This document shows positions 8,184-16,473 of a stretch of DNA of 64,000 bases, piece by piece (positions within the stretch are counted from its first letter, which is position 1; each line of letters begins with the position of its first letter). The position numbers and the translations under genes are program-made. The DNA comes from an uncultured Bacilli bacterium (GTDB lineage: Bacteria > Bacillota_I > Bacilli_A > RF39 > UBA660). Below the pieces are notes generated by a model. The model searched no databases. It was not told where the DNA came from and saw only the letters and a list, made by a program, of their open reading frames with translations. The stretch is from NCBI GenBank assembly GCA_947629205.1, contig CANRCV010000002.1:5958-69957 (forward strand). Reading direction: 5' to 3'.

Positions 8184-9017
8184 TTAATTTTCTTCTTTTT
8201 TGATATTTTCAATTTGATTAAGAGTTAAACCAGTATATTTAGTGATTAAATCTATATCTAAATGATCTTCAAGCATCTTTTTAGCTGTTTCTTTTTTTGC
8301 TTTTTGTCTACCTATTTCTTCAAAACCACAATTATCAAGATATTCTTTGTCATAGTATAACCATTGATTTAGAAATGCTTGATAGTTATCAATTTTATCA
8401 TTTACCTTCTTCATCATTTCACTCTCCCCATAAACCTTTTCTCTGGCTTTCTTGTCTTCACATACAAAGATATACAAAAGCCATCGTAAATCCCTTTCAT
8501 TTAACTTTTCAATTTCATTATAATCGATTTCATTTAATAAATCTATATTTATATCAAAGATTTCGATATTTTTGTTACGAATCATATGATATTTTGTATC
8601 CATTATAATACTATGATAGATAAATTCACCTTTGTTAAAGATATCATAGTTATTAAGGTTTATTTGAATAATCGGTTTGATTTTGGGATAGTTTTCTCCG
8701 GGTTTGATTTGAGTTAAATAAAGTTGTGCTATATAACCTGTATTTTTAGTTTGTAACTCTAAACTATTATTATAATTAATCTCAATATTTACAATATGTT
8801 CATTAGTAGAATACACAGCATCTGCTTCTTGCTTCTTTATGCTTTCGTTGATATTGATTTCATCATTTAAAAGTTTTAGATTGTTTACGACATAGTCTTT
8901 TGATAAATCTAAAACAGAAGCAATGATACTTGCAACATACTCCTTACAATCTTCTTCCTTTAATAATTTTTTCGCATACTCATCTTTTAAGAATTTAACT
9001 TCTTTCGTTTTTGTCAT
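8184..9017 (-). CDS. Rpn-family / PD-(D/E)XK nuclease family putative transposase
   Basis: EADAVYSTNEHIVNIEINYNN (D…E.x core), YIAQLYLTQIKPGENYPKIKPIIQINLNNYDIF, C-terminal TGLTLNQIENIKKE helix typical of the family. Confidence 0.6.
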   Translation of the reverse strand: MTKTKEVKFLKDEYAKKLLKEEDCKEYVASIIASVLDLSKDYVVNNLKLLNDEININESIKKQEADAVYSTNEHIVNIEINYNNSLELQTKNTGYIAQLYLTQIKPGENYPKIKPIIQINLNNYDIFNKGEFIYHSIIMDTKYHMIRNKNIEIFDINIDLLNEIDYNEIEKLNERDLRWLLYIFVCEDKKAREKVYGESEMMKKVNDKIDNYQAFLNQWLYYDKEYLDNCGFEEIGRQKAKKETAKKMLEDHLDIDLITKYTGLTLNQIENIKKEEN

Positions 9018-9085
9018 ATACCTGTTCCTTTCAAAAATACCAAAACCTACTTGCTAAAAGTAAAAATATTTACTATAATCAAAAT

Positions 9086-9156
9086 GTAAGTGCTACCAAA
9101 TTAAATAGCACTCACATGGTTGTTAGCACTATACCTTTAATAGGTTGGTGCTTTTT
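9086..9156 (+). ncRNA. candidate small RNA, copy 2 (inside direct repeat 9074-9164); convergent with and overlapping 3' end of the 29-aa ORF
   Basis: Promoter TTGCTA(9051-9056)-17 nt-TATAAT(9074-9079); same two hairpins and T-run as copy 1 (89/91 nt identical). Confidence 0.45.
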
Positions 9157-9244
9157 ATATTGATAGTTGTAAGATTACAATAATCAATAAGATTATAATT
9201 ACTAGAAGAAAATATATTAAAGTTAACATAGATTCTTTTTTCAT
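9155..9244 (-). CDS. 29-aa hydrophobic peptide, type I toxin-like
   Basis: Hand translation MKKESMLTLIYFLLVIIILLIIVILQLSI; GGAGG 8 nt upstream; about 100-nt 5' UTR; not in ORF track (too short). Confidence 0.45.
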   Translation of the reverse strand: MKKESMLTLIYFLLVIIILLIIVILQLSI

Positions 9245-9351
9245 AACCTTTTCCTCCATTTCTTAACCTTTCATGAATCAACCAAAACCCAAAGAGAAAG
9301 CTAATACTCTAAAGTAAAAAGTAAGCACCATTAATTTGGTAACGGTGAGTT

Positions 9352-9392
9352 ATTATAATGTATCTTTTTTAAAATACAAGGGATTCGACAAA
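9352..9392 (-). promoter_or_regulatory. sigma-A-type promoter with adjacent Spo0A box driving the toxin-like ORF
   Basis: Minus strand reads TTTTGTCGAATC-cc-TTGTAT-16 nt-TATAAT. Confidence 0.45.
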
Positions 9393-9444
9393 ACATGTCA
9401 AAACTTTCTTAAAAAAAGACAAAATGTGAGAATAAAGAAAATTT

Positions 9445-9473
9445 GTATAAAAAATAGAAAAACTTTCATACTA
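9445..9473 (+). promoter_or_regulatory. forespore sigma-G/sigma-F-type promoter of the spoVA operon
   Basis: GTATA-17 nt-CATACTA matches GHATR-N17/18-CATXHTA; 20 nt upstream of spoVAC start. Confidence 0.55.
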
Positions 9474-9492
9474 AAAATGGAGGTTTATTCGA

Positions 9493-9930
9493 ATGAATAA
9501 AGATGAATACAATAAGTTAGTCAAAAGACTTACCCCAAAGGAAAATAAAACTAAAAATGCTATTATCGCTTTTTTAACAGGAGGTTTTATTGGAGCTTTT
9601 GCAGAAATACTTTCGATGGTAATTATGTCCTGTTTTGCTATTTCTAAAGTAGAAGCTTATCAATGGACTTGTTTAATTGTTATTTTTATGGCTTGTCTTT
9701 TTACTTGTTTTAATTTTTTTGATAATTTGGTAACAAAAGCTAAAGCTGGTCTTATATTACCTACAACTGGTTTTGCTCATTCTGTTATGAGTTCTGCTCT
9801 TGATTATAAAAGAGATGGACTTATTACCGGAGTAGGTGCTAATTTTTTTAAACTAGCTGGTAGTGTCATTTTATATGGAATTGTCAGTGGCTTTTTCTTT
9901 GCTCTTTTGGGGGTGATGATTTATGGCTAG
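9493..9930 (+). CDS. spoVAC: stage V sporulation protein AC
   Basis: 145-aa membrane protein, AFLTGGFIGAFAE and PTTGFAHSV motifs; operon with spoVAD/E. Confidence 0.85.
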   Translation: MNKDEYNKLVKRLTPKENKTKNAIIAFLTGGFIGAFAEILSMVIMSCFAISKVEAYQWTCLIVIFMACLFTCFNFFDNLVTKAKAGLILPTTGFAHSVMSSALDYKRDGLITGVGANFFKLAGSVILYGIVSGFFFALLGVMIYG

Positions 9931-10897
9931 TTTTCAATTTTCTAATGTGTATATAAAAGATAGTTTTACAATAGCAGGGCCTTTAGAAAGTGAAGGACAA
10001 ATTCATAAATTTGATTTAACAATGGATGATTATTATTACCATGAAAAAACATTTTTGTCTGCTGAAATAAAAATGCAAAAAGTAGTTGTAGATAATTTAT
10101 TATATCGAAATAAATTAAATCAAAAGATAGATTTATTAATTGGAGGAGATTTATCCAATCAACTTACCATTACCAATTTTGCTATGAAAGACTTTTCTAT
10201 TCCTTTTTTAGGAGTATATAATGCTTGTGCTACTTTTGCTGAAAGTTTAGCTATAGCAAGTACTTTTATAGAAGCTGGTTTTATTAAAAATGCTATTGTG
10301 ATAACCAGTAGTCATAATTTAAATGCTGAACGTCAATTTCGTTTTCCAATTGAATATGGTGCTCCTAGAGCAAAAACAACAACTTTTACAGCTACGGGAG
10401 CAGTAGGAGCTTTACTAACAAATGTACCAAGTTCTATTAAAATAGAATCTGCAACAATTGGTAAAATAGAGGATTATGACCAAAAAGATGCTACGCATAT
10501 GGGGGCTGTTATGACTCCTGCTGCTGTAAGTGTTTTAATGGATCATTTAAAGGATTTAAAAAGAACGGTTGATGATTATGATGTTATTTTAACTGGAGAT
10601 TTAGGAGAAATAGGTACAGAAATTTTTAAAGAATTTTTAAAAATCAATTATAATATAAAAATTAAAAATCATATCGATGCTGGTTGTGAAATTTTCTTAA
10701 AAAGTCAAGAGGTTTATTCTGGTTCTTCTGGTCCCGTTACTTTACCTTTAGTTTTATTTAATAAAATTTTAAAAAATAAAAAGTATAAAAAAATTTTACT
10801 TATTGCTACGGGTTCTTTGCATTCAAAAGATACAACCAATCAAAAGAAAACAATTCCTAGTATTGCTCATGCCATTAGTTTGGAGGTGTTAACATGA
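9923..10897 (+). CDS. spoVAD: stage V sporulation protein AD
   Basis: 324 aa, thiolase/ketoacyl-synthase-like fold motifs (GVYNACATFAESL), overlaps spoVAC and spoVAE. Confidence 0.85.
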   Translation: MASFQFSNVYIKDSFTIAGPLESEGQIHKFDLTMDDYYYHEKTFLSAEIKMQKVVVDNLLYRNKLNQKIDLLIGGDLSNQLTITNFAMKDFSIPFLGVYNACATFAESLAIASTFIEAGFIKNAIVITSSHNLNAERQFRFPIEYGAPRAKTTTFTATGAVGALLTNVPSSIKIESATIGKIEDYDQKDATHMGAVMTPAAVSVLMDHLKDLKRTVDDYDVILTGDLGEIGTEIFKEFLKINYNIKIKNHIDAGCEIFLKSQEVYSGSSGPVTLPLVLFNKILKNKKYKKILLIATGSLHSKDTTNQKKTIPSIAHAISLEVLT

Positions 10898-11244
10898 AAA
10901 TTTTATGTGCCTTTTTATTTGCGGGAACTCTTTGTTTTCTTGCTCAAGTAGTACTCGATAATACAAAATTAACCCCTGGTCATGTAACCAGTTTATTTAC
11001 CATTTTAGGAGCTTTTTTCGGTTTTATTGGATTATATGATACTTTTATTTCATTTGCAGGAGGAGGGGCAACTATTATTATTTCTAATTTTGGTTATTCT
11101 TTATATAAAGGAGCTTTTTTAGGTTTTCAAGAACAAGGTTTGATTGGATTATTTTCAAATATTTTAAAATATAGTTCTTGTGCTATAGCAGGAGTTGTTC
11201 TATTTGCTTTTGTTCTTACTCTTATTTTTAAACCAAAAGATTAA
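10894..11244 (+). CDS. spoVAE: stage V sporulation protein AE (AEB-type)
   Basis: 116-aa polytopic membrane protein directly after spoVAD. Confidence 0.8.
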   Translation: MKILCAFLFAGTLCFLAQVVLDNTKLTPGHVTSLFTILGAFFGFIGLYDTFISFAGGGATIIISNFGYSLYKGAFLGFQEQGLIGLFSNILKYSSCAIAGVVLFAFVLTLIFKPKD

Positions 11245-11322
11245 TTGTTCTTAGTAACAATTTTTTTCATTTAAGGCACTTTTATGATAAAATGAATATA
11301 TTACAGTAAAGAAGGGTTTTAG

Positions 11323-12186
11323 ATGGAAACAAAATTTCAAAATATAAAAAAAGCGGGTTTATTAGGTATTTTAGGAAATTTATTTTTAGCTATTATAAAA
11401 ATGGGGATTGGTCTTATTTCCAAAAGTCAAGCAATGCTTGCTGATGCTTTTAATTCTTGTAGTGATGTATTTTCTTCTTTTATGACGATGATTGGAAATA
11501 AAATTGCTAGTAAACCAAGTGATGAAGACCATCATTTAGGACATGGAAAAGCCGAATATATATATTCTATGTTTATTGGTCTTGCTATGTTTTTTCTTTC
11601 CTTTTCATCATTGAAATCTTCTTTTCTTTCTTTACTCTTTCATAAAAAGTTTACCTTTTCTTTAGGTTTAGTCCTTGTTTGTTTCATTACCATTTTTATT
11701 AAATTTTTATTGTTTTTGTATACCTCTTTTCTTTGTAAAAAATATAACAATATATTACTTCGAGCTAATGCCAAAGACCATCGAAATGATTGTATTATTA
11801 CCCTTTGTACTCTTTTATCTTGTTTATGTTCTTTAAAAAATTGGTATATCTTTGATGGTCTTGTTGGTATTTTCATTTCTTTATGGATTTTTTATACCGC
11901 ATTACAAATATTTATAGAATGTTATCAAGTATTAATGGATAAAGCAATGGATGAAGAAACAAAAGAAAAAGTTTTAGACATTATAAAAACATATCCAGAA
12001 ATTAAAAAAATCAATCACTTTAATGCTACTCCGGTTGGATATCGTTATCAAATTTCTTTTACTATTTTTGTAGATGGTCATTTATCGACTTTTGAAAGCC
12101 ATGCCATTGCAGATCGTTTAGAAGATGAAATAGAAGAAAAAATAGAAGAGGTTTATTTAAGTGTCATTCATGTAAATCCTCTATAA
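11323..12186 (+). CDS. cation diffusion facilitator family transporter
   Basis: LADAFNSCSDV, HHLGHGKAE motifs, 6 TM + cytoplasmic C-domain. Confidence 0.8.
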   Translation: METKFQNIKKAGLLGILGNLFLAIIKMGIGLISKSQAMLADAFNSCSDVFSSFMTMIGNKIASKPSDEDHHLGHGKAEYIYSMFIGLAMFFLSFSSLKSSFLSLLFHKKFTFSLGLVLVCFITIFIKFLLFLYTSFLCKKYNNILLRANAKDHRNDCIITLCTLLSCLCSLKNWYIFDGLVGIFISLWIFYTALQIFIECYQVLMDKAMDEETKEKVLDIIKTYPEIKKINHFNATPVGYRYQISFTIFVDGHLSTFESHAIADRLEDEIEEKIEEVYLSVIHVNPL

Positions 12187-12206
12187 AAAAAATAGAAAGT
12201 ACTTTT

Positions 12207-12536
12207 CTATTTCGTTCTTGTTTCTTTTTGACTTGCTAAGATTTGTTCTAGTCTTTTCAGTTCATGTTGATAAAATAAATATTTTTCTTTTTGGAGTTCT
12301 TTTGATGTAGTTGATAAAGTCTCTTTATATAGATCAATCATTTCTTTTATATTATCATTTTCATGTTGAATAGACTTTTTTTTCATTTCTTCAATTTCTT
12401 CTTCAATTGCTGTATTTTTTAATCTTTCCAGTTCACTTTTGTATAACGCTTTTTTATCACTATCTTGTTCTTGTTTTATAGCTTCTTCATAGTAAGCAAT
12501 AATGGTTTGTATATCCATATTTTCATCTTTTTTCAT
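12207..12536 (-). CDS. coiled-coil hypothetical protein (109 aa)
   Basis: Start moved to the internal ATG (MKKDENMDIQ…), because the longer ORF overlaps the nifJ start and promoter; E/K-rich heptad-like sequence. Confidence 0.4.
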   Translation of the reverse strand: MKKDENMDIQTIIAYYEEAIKQEQDSDKKALYKSELERLKNTAIEEEIEEMKKKSIQHENDNIKEMIDLYKETLSTTSKELQKEKYLFYQHELKRLEQILASQKETRTK

Positions 12537-12672
12537 CGTATTCTCATCTCTCTTATCAATATTATAAAAAGAATTTTTAAAATTTACAACTTTTGTAAGA
12601 CTTTTTGACATATTTTTACTAAGAAAAGAAATTGATTCGTGGTATAATGTAAGAGAATGCGAGGTGTTTGAT

Positions 12673-15600
12673 ATGAAAAAAGTAATGGATGCCAATAAAA
12701 TGTGTTCCAATATTGCTTATTTGTTTAGTGAGGTAGCAGCCATCTATCCCATTACACCCTCCAGTCCAATGGCTTCTAATATTGATTTTTTAAATCATAC
12801 CGATAAAAAAAATTTATTTAATCAAAAGGTCGAATTAGTAGAAATGCAAAGTGAAGCAGGAGCAGCAGGAGCTATGCATGGGGCTTTAATTACGGGTTCT
12901 TTAGCAACTACTTTTACAGCCAGTCAAGGTCTTTTATTAATGATACCCAATATGTATAAAATGGCTGGAGAACTTTTACCCGGAGTTATTCATGTAGCAT
13001 CAAGAACGGTTGCTACGCATGCTTTATCTATATTTGGAGATCATAGTGATATTTATGCTACACGTCAAACAGGTTTTTGTATGCTTGCCTCTACCAATAT
13101 TTTAGATGTCCAAGTAAACGCTGCTGTTGCTCATTTAGCGAGTATAGAAGGATCACTACCTTTCTTACATTTCTTTGATGGCTTTCGTACAAGTCATGAA
13201 CTACATAGTATTGAACCTATAGAAGATACGGAATTTTTAAAATTAATTCCTTATGAAAAAATAAATGAATTTAAAAATAGAATGCTAAATAATGTAGATC
13301 ATCCTATAGAAAAAGGACTTGCTTCTAATGAAGATATTTATTTTCAAAGTATGGAAGCTAGAAATCCTTACTATAATGCTATGCCTGATATTGTAAATAC
13401 TTATATGGAGAAAGTAAATAAAATTTGTAAGACTGATGTAAAACCTTTTAATTATTATGGAGATTTAGAGGCAACACGAGTAATTGTTGCTATGGGAAGC
13501 GTATGCGATACCATAAAACTTGTCATTGAAGAAGAAAATAAAAAGGGAGAAAAACTGGGATTAGTAGAGGTCCATTTATATCGTCCTTTTAGTACGAAAT
13601 ATTTAAAACAAGTCTTACCGAAAAGTGTGCAAAAAATCGCTGTACTGGATCGTACTAAAGAAGCGGGTAGTATAGGAGAACCTCTTTATTTAGATGTTTT
13701 AGCAGCTTTAAAAGATGAAAATATTGAAATTGTGGGTGGAAGATATGGTCTTTCTAGCAAAAATACCACTCCAAGTGCTATTTATAGTGTTTATCAAATG
13801 CTTAAAGAACCAAAAGAAAATTTTACCATTGGTATAGAAGATGATGTAACCAATTTAAGTTTAAAAATGGAAAACTATCATTTACCACTTGATGCACAAG
13901 AAATTGTAATCTATGGTTTTGGTAGTGATGGTATGGTGAGTGCTAGTAAAGATCTTTTAAGTTTAATCCTTACCAAATTAGATAAATATGGAGATGGATA
14001 CTTTGAGTATGATTCGAAAAAAAGTGGAGGAGTCACCGTTAGTCATTTAAGAATTAAAAACCATGAATTCTTTTCGCCTTTTTATTGTACAAATCCCAAA
14101 CTAGTAGTGGTTACCAAAGATGAATATTTTAAAAAATATTCGATGTTAGATTCTATTCAAGAAAATGGTCTATTACTTATTAATACGACGGATAAAATAA
14201 AATTACAAGAAAAGATAAGTAATGAAGATATAGAAATTATTCAAAAGAAAAATATAAAAGTATATGTGATTAATGCTTCTAAATTAGCAGAAGAAAATCA
14301 TATTAAAGGTAAAATTAATAAAATTATGGAAGTTATTATCTTAAAACTACTAGGATTTTCTAATGCTTTAGAATTGGTTCGAGATGAATTAGAAGAACTA
14401 TTTAAAAATAAAGGAAAAGAAATGATTTTAAATAATCAAAATGCTTTAGTAAATGCTCTTGATTCTTTAGAAGAAATTTCTTTGGACCATAAAAGTTATG
14501 ATAAAGTAAAACCAACAAGTGTTTTTGAAAAAATCATGGCAAGAGAAGGCAATCGTATTAAAGTAAGTGAACTGGGAAGTAGAGCTTCTGGTACTTTTAT
14601 GGGTGGAAGTTCGAAATTAGAAAAAAGAAAAATTGCTGATAAAGTAGTCAAATGGATTCCTGAAAATTGTATAGAGTGTGGAAGATGTAGTTTTGTCTGT
14701 CCTCATGCTGTTATTCGTTCTTTTAAAGTTGAACAAAATGATGTAGGAATCCCTTTATTCGAAAATAAAAAGTATCATTATTTGGTAAGCATTAGTGAAG
14801 AAAATTGTACGGGCTGTGGATTATGTATTAATACTTGTCCTGGATTAAAAGGAAAAAAAGCTTTAGAATGGGGAGACTATGACGAAGAAAAACAAAAACA
14901 AAGTGAGTATTATTTTAACGAATATGAAAACCCAGATAGCACAAATAAACAAACCGTAAAAGATTTAAGTTTTGTTCGTCCCTATTTTGAATTTCCAGGA
15001 TCTTGTGCTGGTTGTGGAGAAACTGCCTATATTCGTTTACTAACTCAACTTGTAGGAAAAAAATTAGTGATTGCCAATGCGACAGGGTGTTCATCTATTT
15101 ATGGTGGAAGTATTCCTTCAACACCTTATACAATTCCTTGGGCAAATTCTTTATTTGAAGATAATGCCGAATTTGCTTATGGTATGTATATTTCTTATAA
15201 ACAAAAAAGAAATCAAATTGAAACAATTATGAAAAAAGCCCTTCCTGCTGTACCCGATACTTTAAAAGAAAAGTTTAGATTATGGTTAGAAAATAAAGAA
15301 GATTTTGATAAAACGTATCCATTAAAAGAAGAATTTAAAAATAGTACGATTCCTAAAGATTTAAAAGATTTATTGGAGTATATACCTGCTCGTTCTATTT
15401 GGGCAATTGGAGGAGATGGTTGGGCCTATGACATTGGTTTTGGAGGAATTGATCATATTTTATCGAGTAATGAAAAAATTAAAATTTTAGTTTTAGATAC
15501 AGAGGTTTATTCCAATACTGGAGGACAAATGTCTAAATCATCAAAAGTAGGACAAGTAGCAGAATTTGCTGATTATGGTAAAAAGAATGCTAAAAAAGAT

Positions 15601-16029
15601 TTATTTAAAATTGCTATGTGTTATCCAAATTGTTATGTAGGTAGTATTTGTTTAGGAGCAGATTTTATGCATACCATTAAAACATTAAAAGAAGCTGAAG
15701 AACATGATGGACCAGCTATTGTCATTGCTTATGCTCCTTGTATTGAACATGGTATTCATGGAGGACTTTCTTGTACAACGCAAGAACAAGCTTTAGCAGT
15801 AGAGGTTGGGTACCAACTTTTAATGCGTTATCACCCTAAAGAAAAACAATTGTATTTGGATTCAAAAACACCTGATTTTACTAAATACGATCAATTTTTA
15901 GATAATGAAACGCGCTATCATGCTTTAAAAATTAAAGATGAGGCATTAGCTAAAGAATTATTAGAGTGTAATAAACAAAATGCTATAGAACGATATACTT
16001 ATTATAAAGAAAAAAGCATAAACAATTAA
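12673..16029 (+). CDS. nifJ: pyruvate:ferredoxin (flavodoxin) oxidoreductase
   Basis: About 1118 aa; two 4Fe-4S motifs CIECGRCSFVCP / CTGCGLCINTCP; TPP-binding GGDGWAYDIG; GAGGTG RBS 6 nt before the ATG at 12673. Confidence 0.9.
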   Translation: MKKVMDANKMCSNIAYLFSEVAAIYPITPSSPMASNIDFLNHTDKKNLFNQKVELVEMQSEAGAAGAMHGALITGSLATTFTASQGLLLMIPNMYKMAGELLPGVIHVASRTVATHALSIFGDHSDIYATRQTGFCMLASTNILDVQVNAAVAHLASIEGSLPFLHFFDGFRTSHELHSIEPIEDTEFLKLIPYEKINEFKNRMLNNVDHPIEKGLASNEDIYFQSMEARNPYYNAMPDIVNTYMEKVNKICKTDVKPFNYYGDLEATRVIVAMGSVCDTIKLVIEEENKKGEKLGLVEVHLYRPFSTKYLKQVLPKSVQKIAVLDRTKEAGSIGEPLYLDVLAALKDENIEIVGGRYGLSSKNTTPSAIYSVYQMLKEPKENFTIGIEDDVTNLSLKMENYHLPLDAQEIVIYGFGSDGMVSASKDLLSLILTKLDKYGDGYFEYDSKKSGGVTVSHLRIKNHEFFSPFYCTNPKLVVVTKDEYFKKYSMLDSIQENGLLLINTTDKIKLQEKISNEDIEIIQKKNIKVYVINASKLAEENHIKGKINKIMEVIILKLLGFSNALELVRDELEELFKNKGKEMILNNQNALVNALDSLEEISLDHKSYDKVKPTSVFEKIMAREGNRIKVSELGSRASGTFMGGSSKLEKRKIADKVVKWIPENCIECGRCSFVCPHAVIRSFKVEQNDVGIPLFENKKYHYLVSISEENCTGCGLCINTCPGLKGKKALEWGDYDEEKQKQSEYYFNEYENPDSTNKQTVKDLSFVRPYFEFPGSCAGCGETAYIRLLTQLVGKKLVIANATGCSSIYGGSIPSTPYTIPWANSLFEDNAEFAYGMYISYKQKRNQIETIMKKALPAVPDTLKEKFRLWLENKEDFDKTYPLKEEFKNSTIPKDLKDLLEYIPARSIWAIGGDGWAYDIGFGGIDHILSSNEKIKILVLDTEVYSNTGGQMSKSSKVGQVAEFADYGKKNAKKDLFKIAMCYPNCYVGSICLGADFMHTIKTLKEAEEHDGPAIVIAYAPCIEHGIHGGLSCTTQEQALAVEVGYQLLMRYHPKEKQLYLDSKTPDFTKYDQFLDNETRYHALKIKDEALAKELLECNKQNAIERYTYYKEKSINN

Positions 16030-16055
16030 TGTCTATGCTTTTTAAATACCCAGTT

Positions 16056-16081
16056 GAAGCAGTCCCCTGAAAGACTGCTTC
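16056..16081. terminator. 9-bp hairpin after nifJ (no clear T-run)
   Basis: gaagcagtc-ccctgaaa-gactgcttc. Confidence 0.35.
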
Positions 16082-16244
16082 TAAAAGAATAAAAAGGGGT
16101 TGACTAGTGTGATACTAGCACCAATTCGCCATAAGTGAATTGGTGATTTATATCCTAATGGAAAACAATGTATTTGTCAATACTTTTTTTTAAAAAATTA
16201 AAAATTTTTTTAAAATTGTAAATTTTGGTATAAATAAATGCCCT

Positions 16245-16349
16245 TAAAAAAACAAAAATTGTGTTAGAAAGAAAACCAAGAAACAAACTTAAGATCAACC
16301 AAAACCCATAGACCTGAAAAATGAAATTGGCTTTTCTTTCTAAACACAA
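16245..16349 (-). ncRNA. candidate small RNA carrying the GGGTTTTGGTTGAT box
   Basis: Minus-strand promoter TTTTGTCGAATC-ta-TTGTAA-16 nt-TATAAT (16356-16396). Long stem gtgtttagaaagaaaagcc / ggttttctttctaacac, followed by a T-run. Confidence 0.4.
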
Positions 16350-16473
16350 GTCTGTATTATAAAGAATTAAAAATATTTTACAATAGATTCGACAAAACTA
16401 GATAAAACTTATTTAAAAACTATACATTTGTTCTCCTCTTTGTTATAATAACTATAAGAAGGAAGATAAGGAT

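Noticed and set aside
12537-12710. N-terminal extension of the 12207-12710 ORF overlapping the nifJ start
   Set aside because: The extension is hydrophobic junk antisense to the nifJ promoter/RBS. The internal ATG at 12536 gives a coherent coiled-coil protein.
16155-16349. 64-aa minus-strand ORF
   Set aside because: It starts with TTG exactly at the predicted transcription start, has no Shine-Dalgarno, and runs through a stem + T-run terminator. It is better explained as a small RNA.
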